Part shown: one piece after another, positions 60,712 through 64,000 of the stretch
Layout: every line of letters starts with the position of its first letter
How positions within the stretch are numbered: the stretch's first letter is position 1
DNA from: Candidatus Latescibacterota bacterium
GTDB lineage: Bacteria; Latescibacterota; UBA2968
Assembly: GCA_965207885.1 (NCBI GenBank)
Contig: OZ242311.1
Coordinates: 1,504,001 to 1,568,000, forward strand
Direction: 5' to 3'
Length of the DNA stretch: 64,000 nt
Translations under genes and position numbers: made by a program
Notes under the pieces: model-generated
Told to the model about the DNA's origin: nothing
Database searches by the model: none
Seen by the model: only the letters and a program-made list of their open reading frames with translations

Positions 60712-62698
60712 TTAATTCCCCATCACGTGTATCTGAAGCGTTTCAAAACCTTCCAAAAATAAATCGACATCTTTCTCCATAGAAACGGGTGCAGTCGTGT
60801 TCTCAATACCACGAGGACCACGTGGTGGGGGGTCTGGGCAAATTGTCAGGCGACGCGCTTTCCTCAAATGGCATAACAAATGTCAAACGCGTCTTTAAGA
60901 TAACATTTTCATCAATTCTATTCACGCGAACAAAAAAATCTTCGAGCGTTTCATCACGCCCAAAAGGATCAAAAAATCCAAAAGGACCGCCACCGTCTTC
61001 AGCAGAATCTGGCCCTAATGTCGCTACAGAACCCACTTCGAGTTCATAAACACCCGCGGGAAGCGTATCGGGCAGGCTAAATGCCATCTCGATTTCCCGA
61101 TCCTCACGCCGCCCCACGCGCAGCGAAGTCGCAACAGACAACGTACTCCCGGCACTGGCAACCGTATCTGCAGCAACGCCTACTATCTTTGCAAAACGCG
61201 ATTCGGAGAATATATCAACATGAATCTCTGCCTCGCGCATCTGCACGGCGTAATCATTCCTTGTCATGAGTTGCGAGAGTATCCTTCTCAGGTCAGCAGA
61301 GGCATTGTCAGCCAAATACCAAAGCCGTCCTTCTGGCTCTACATAGAGCCGAGAGCGAGCCAGTATTGAATCTGTCTCCACAAAAGAAATATCCGTCCTG
61401 ACACGCACACTGCGATTCGGCTCGTTTTCAACCCGGCTAACCAAAGGCCAGAACAAAGCCTCTGCAACGAGATCGGCTGTCGTAAAGGGTTCGAGGCCAA
61501 CCGCCGCCACCCTGTGCGTAAGCTCAAGTACATGCCCCGAAGAAAACGTATATACGCTCTTGACAGGTATCAATTCTGGCCCCTCGCCAAGCACACCGCG
61601 AACCGCGGGCAAACGGTCCTCAGTCAGCGTCCCCCGCACCGTTGGATTCAGCGTTGCAAACTTAAACGGCGCTCTTAGATTGGATATTTGACCGAGCACC
61701 ACTGCTTCTATGATAGGCAGTTCTACCGCACCCAAATCGTCCATCGAATGCCCAAAACCATATATCCGATTGCCATCGACGTATGATATGGTCCCCAAAG
61801 AACCGAACGTAACCTCACCCAGCATCAAACCAACAGCCAGTGGCCTACCCGCCGCAAAACTATCCTGACTTTGTGCGGCTCTCCCCGCTGGCGTCAACTC
61901 ACCTTGAAAGGGCGAATCAGATAGCTGGTATGCCGGATTGAATCCCGTGCCCAGCAGGGGAATAGTCAGAGGTTTAATACCATTCCCCTCCCAGGTAGTT
62001 AGGCGTTTAGCCAATGGAATCGCGCCCTTATTGCCAATTATCCATTCTATCGGCGTTGCAAAAAAATAATACGGCGGGCTATCCTGTGAATTAAAACCAT
62101 ACGCAATAGCACCCCATGTGCCTTGCTCAGTAAAAATTGGAGAACCACTCATACCCTGGGCAATTCCCCCGAGTTGTATCAAAACAGGATCGGAAGCTTC
62201 GACCATATAAACAGGCATTGGCGGGAGTAAATCATCAACCACCTGGATGAACGTCATTTCGAGATCTGCAAGCTGTCCATTGGCAAATTCGGTCCGCATG
62301 AATACGGGCGTGCCTACAGGCATATTACGAACCTCGTCAATCGAAACAATAGATGAAAGATCCCATGGCTTTAATTCCCCTGTTGGACGCACAATATCTT
62401 CTGTGTCTCTAAACACTGCTTTACCAAAATGCTCGACAAATAACAGAAAATCGTCAAAAGCAATCTCGCCATCGCCATTCAGATCGTACCTGGATTCGTA
62501 CGCCGCATCGCCACGACTGAACCCGAACTTATCTACAAATTGCAAAAAGTCGGGGAAATCGACAACACCGCTTCCATCAAAATCTGGATTGAAGCCCGAT
62601 TGTAACGCGCTCTGAAGGGGTTGAATTAGAAACAAAATGGATAGGCTTGCAAAGACCAAAACCTGCGCCAAACAGGTATAGAATCGCAGTTTCCGCAT
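60712..62698 (-). CDS. Secreted SpoIVB/S55 peptidase with EF-hand/dockerin-like N-domain; probable +1 frameshift at ~60827-60838
   Basis: DFDGSGVVDFPDF and DLNGDGEIAFDDF repeats; GIAQGMSGSP; FGH. Called ORF stops at 60803, shifted frame runs to TAA at 60712. Confidence 0.75.
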
Positions 62699-62807
62699 TA
62701 GTTTTCTCCTCTCATTGGATTTTAAAAGCTATTTTAAACTATATCCCAATCACATACGTCAAACAGATTACATCATACCCTCCTCCTCTCTCCCCCAGCC
62801 TTCACTA

Positions 62808-63644
62808 TTACTGAACGAGCTTGATCTCAAACAATTTGGGCCACCACTTACCCGTAACAAAAATGCGGTCAGTCGCGGCATCATAGGCAATGCCATTTAG
62901 CACACCAACGCGGTGGTGCAAACGATCGGTTTGAGAGAGAATACCCGCGAGATTGATCCATCCTGTAATCCTCCCACTTTGGGGATCGATGCGGGCAATG
63001 CGATCGGTTTGCCATACATTGGCGAAAATCTGTCCCTTGATATATTCAAGCTCGTTGAGATAATGAACAGGACCCGTGCTATCGGTCACTTCAATGCGCC
63101 CAACTTCTCTAAATGTATTGGGATCCCGAAAATAAATAATATTCGTACCATCGCTCATAATCAGCTTTTCGCCATCGTGAGTAAGCCCCCAGCCCTCCGT
63201 AGAATATGTAAATTTGACCTGTAACTCAAATGTGTTCTTGTCGTACACAAAGCATATACCCGATTTCCACGTAAGTTGATACAGGCGGTCGCCAAAAATC
63301 GCGACACCCTCGCCAAAAAAATTGGACGCAATGCTTTTCTGCGCCAAAACCGCGCCTGTGGCAGGCATAATCTTGCGAATGGTTGAAGCACCGTAGTTTC
63401 CGGTACCTTCATAAAAAAAACCATCTTCAAAAACCAAACCCTGGGTAAAAGCATTGGGATCGTGTAAATAGGTATTGACAATAGTGTAGGTATAGACAGA
63501 CGGAAGTGCAGATTCCTCTACTTCTGAATCTGCACCTGGAAGAGGCGGCGTCTGGTTGCACATCGTAAAAAAGAATATGCACCAACAAATACAGAAAACG
63601 CGCACCCATCTTTTGGCATAGGCAATCAATGGCTTAATTCCCAA
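62808..63644 (-). CDS. Glutaminyl-peptide cyclotransferase
   Basis: AFTQGL, FFGEG, EGWGLT, LNELEY, LNGIAYD, TGKWWP; start position uncertain. Confidence 0.9.
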   Translation of the reverse strand: MGIKPLIAYAKRWVRVFCICWCIFFFTMCNQTPPLPGADSEVEESALPSVYTYTIVNTYLHDPNAFTQGLVFEDGFFYEGTGNYGASTIRKIMPATGAVLAQKSIASNFFGEGVAIFGDRLYQLTWKSGICFVYDKNTFELQVKFTYSTEGWGLTHDGEKLIMSDGTNIIYFRDPNTFREVGRIEVTDSTGPVHYLNELEYIKGQIFANVWQTDRIARIDPQSGRITGWINLAGILSQTDRLHHRVGVLNGIAYDAATDRIFVTGKWWPKLFEIKLVQ

Positions 63645-63756
63645 AAATTTCAGACAGTTAATGCGACAGACCTCACATCGTCCTTGTTAAATATAAGATT
63701 ATAGCACATAATACTCAAGAAGATGAATATCCGAAAAACGCAATTGGAGGTAAGTC

Positions 63757-64000
63757 ATGGCCGAAGGTAAATTCGACCTGCTGTTAAAAGGCGGGCGGGT
63801 GATTGATCCCGCCAATAAGGTAAATGGATTATGCGATGTGGGAATTGCAGATAGCAAAATTGCAAAAGTAGAAGCGGATATCGCCGCAGAAGAAGCAGAC
63901 CATGTGGTAGATGTATCTGGTCTGCTGGTAACACCCGGATTGATCGATATTCACATCCACGCCTACTTCACCCGAGCGCCAGGAGAGGGCCTATTCGGTT
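63757..64000 (+). CDS. Amidohydrolase/dihydroorotase-family protein (partial, runs off right edge)
   Basis: GGAGG RBS; MAEGKFDLLLKGGRVIDPAN...VTPGLIDIHIH. Confidence 0.85.
   Translation, partial: MAEGKFDLLLKGGRVIDPANKVNGLCDVGIADSKIAKVEADIAAEEADHVVDVSGLLVTPGLIDIHIHAYFTRAPGEGLFG

Overview
Gene-dense bacterial chromosomal segment, mostly minus-strand genes. PorV/T9SS-type cargo, TonB-dependent receptors, several sulfatases and an EF-hand/dockerin-tagged protein suggest an FCB-superphylum organism such as a Latescibacterota/Gemmatimonadota-like lineage (inference only). Left to right: SGNH hydrolase (partial) and acyltransferase; a compositionally atypical block (~1.6-9.1 kb) with a TonB receptor, a frameshifted sulfatase, three toxin-less antitoxins, a beta-flower-like protein and a type II R-M pair whose endonuclease is fused to an XRE HTH and whose methylase promoter carries a perfect palindrome over its -10; SelA-like and NRAMP genes; infA with a basic tail; ABC transporters; sugar-acid catabolism; a TBDR/T9SS-cargo/PorV triad; NUDIX-coxD/E-xdhC-like genes; a phosphate locus (porin-pstSCAB-phoU, ppk1) with 11-bp-phased Pho-box repeats and a candidate Pho-activated small RNA; sulfatases; an ATP-cone 2-phosphoglycerate-kinase-like gene; speD; an amidohydrolase-fold/Rieske pair; a PhyH dioxygenase; a frameshifted S55 peptidase; glutaminyl cyclase. 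No rRNA, tRNA, CRISPR array or transposase was seen. All product calls are from motif recognition by eye, without database searches.
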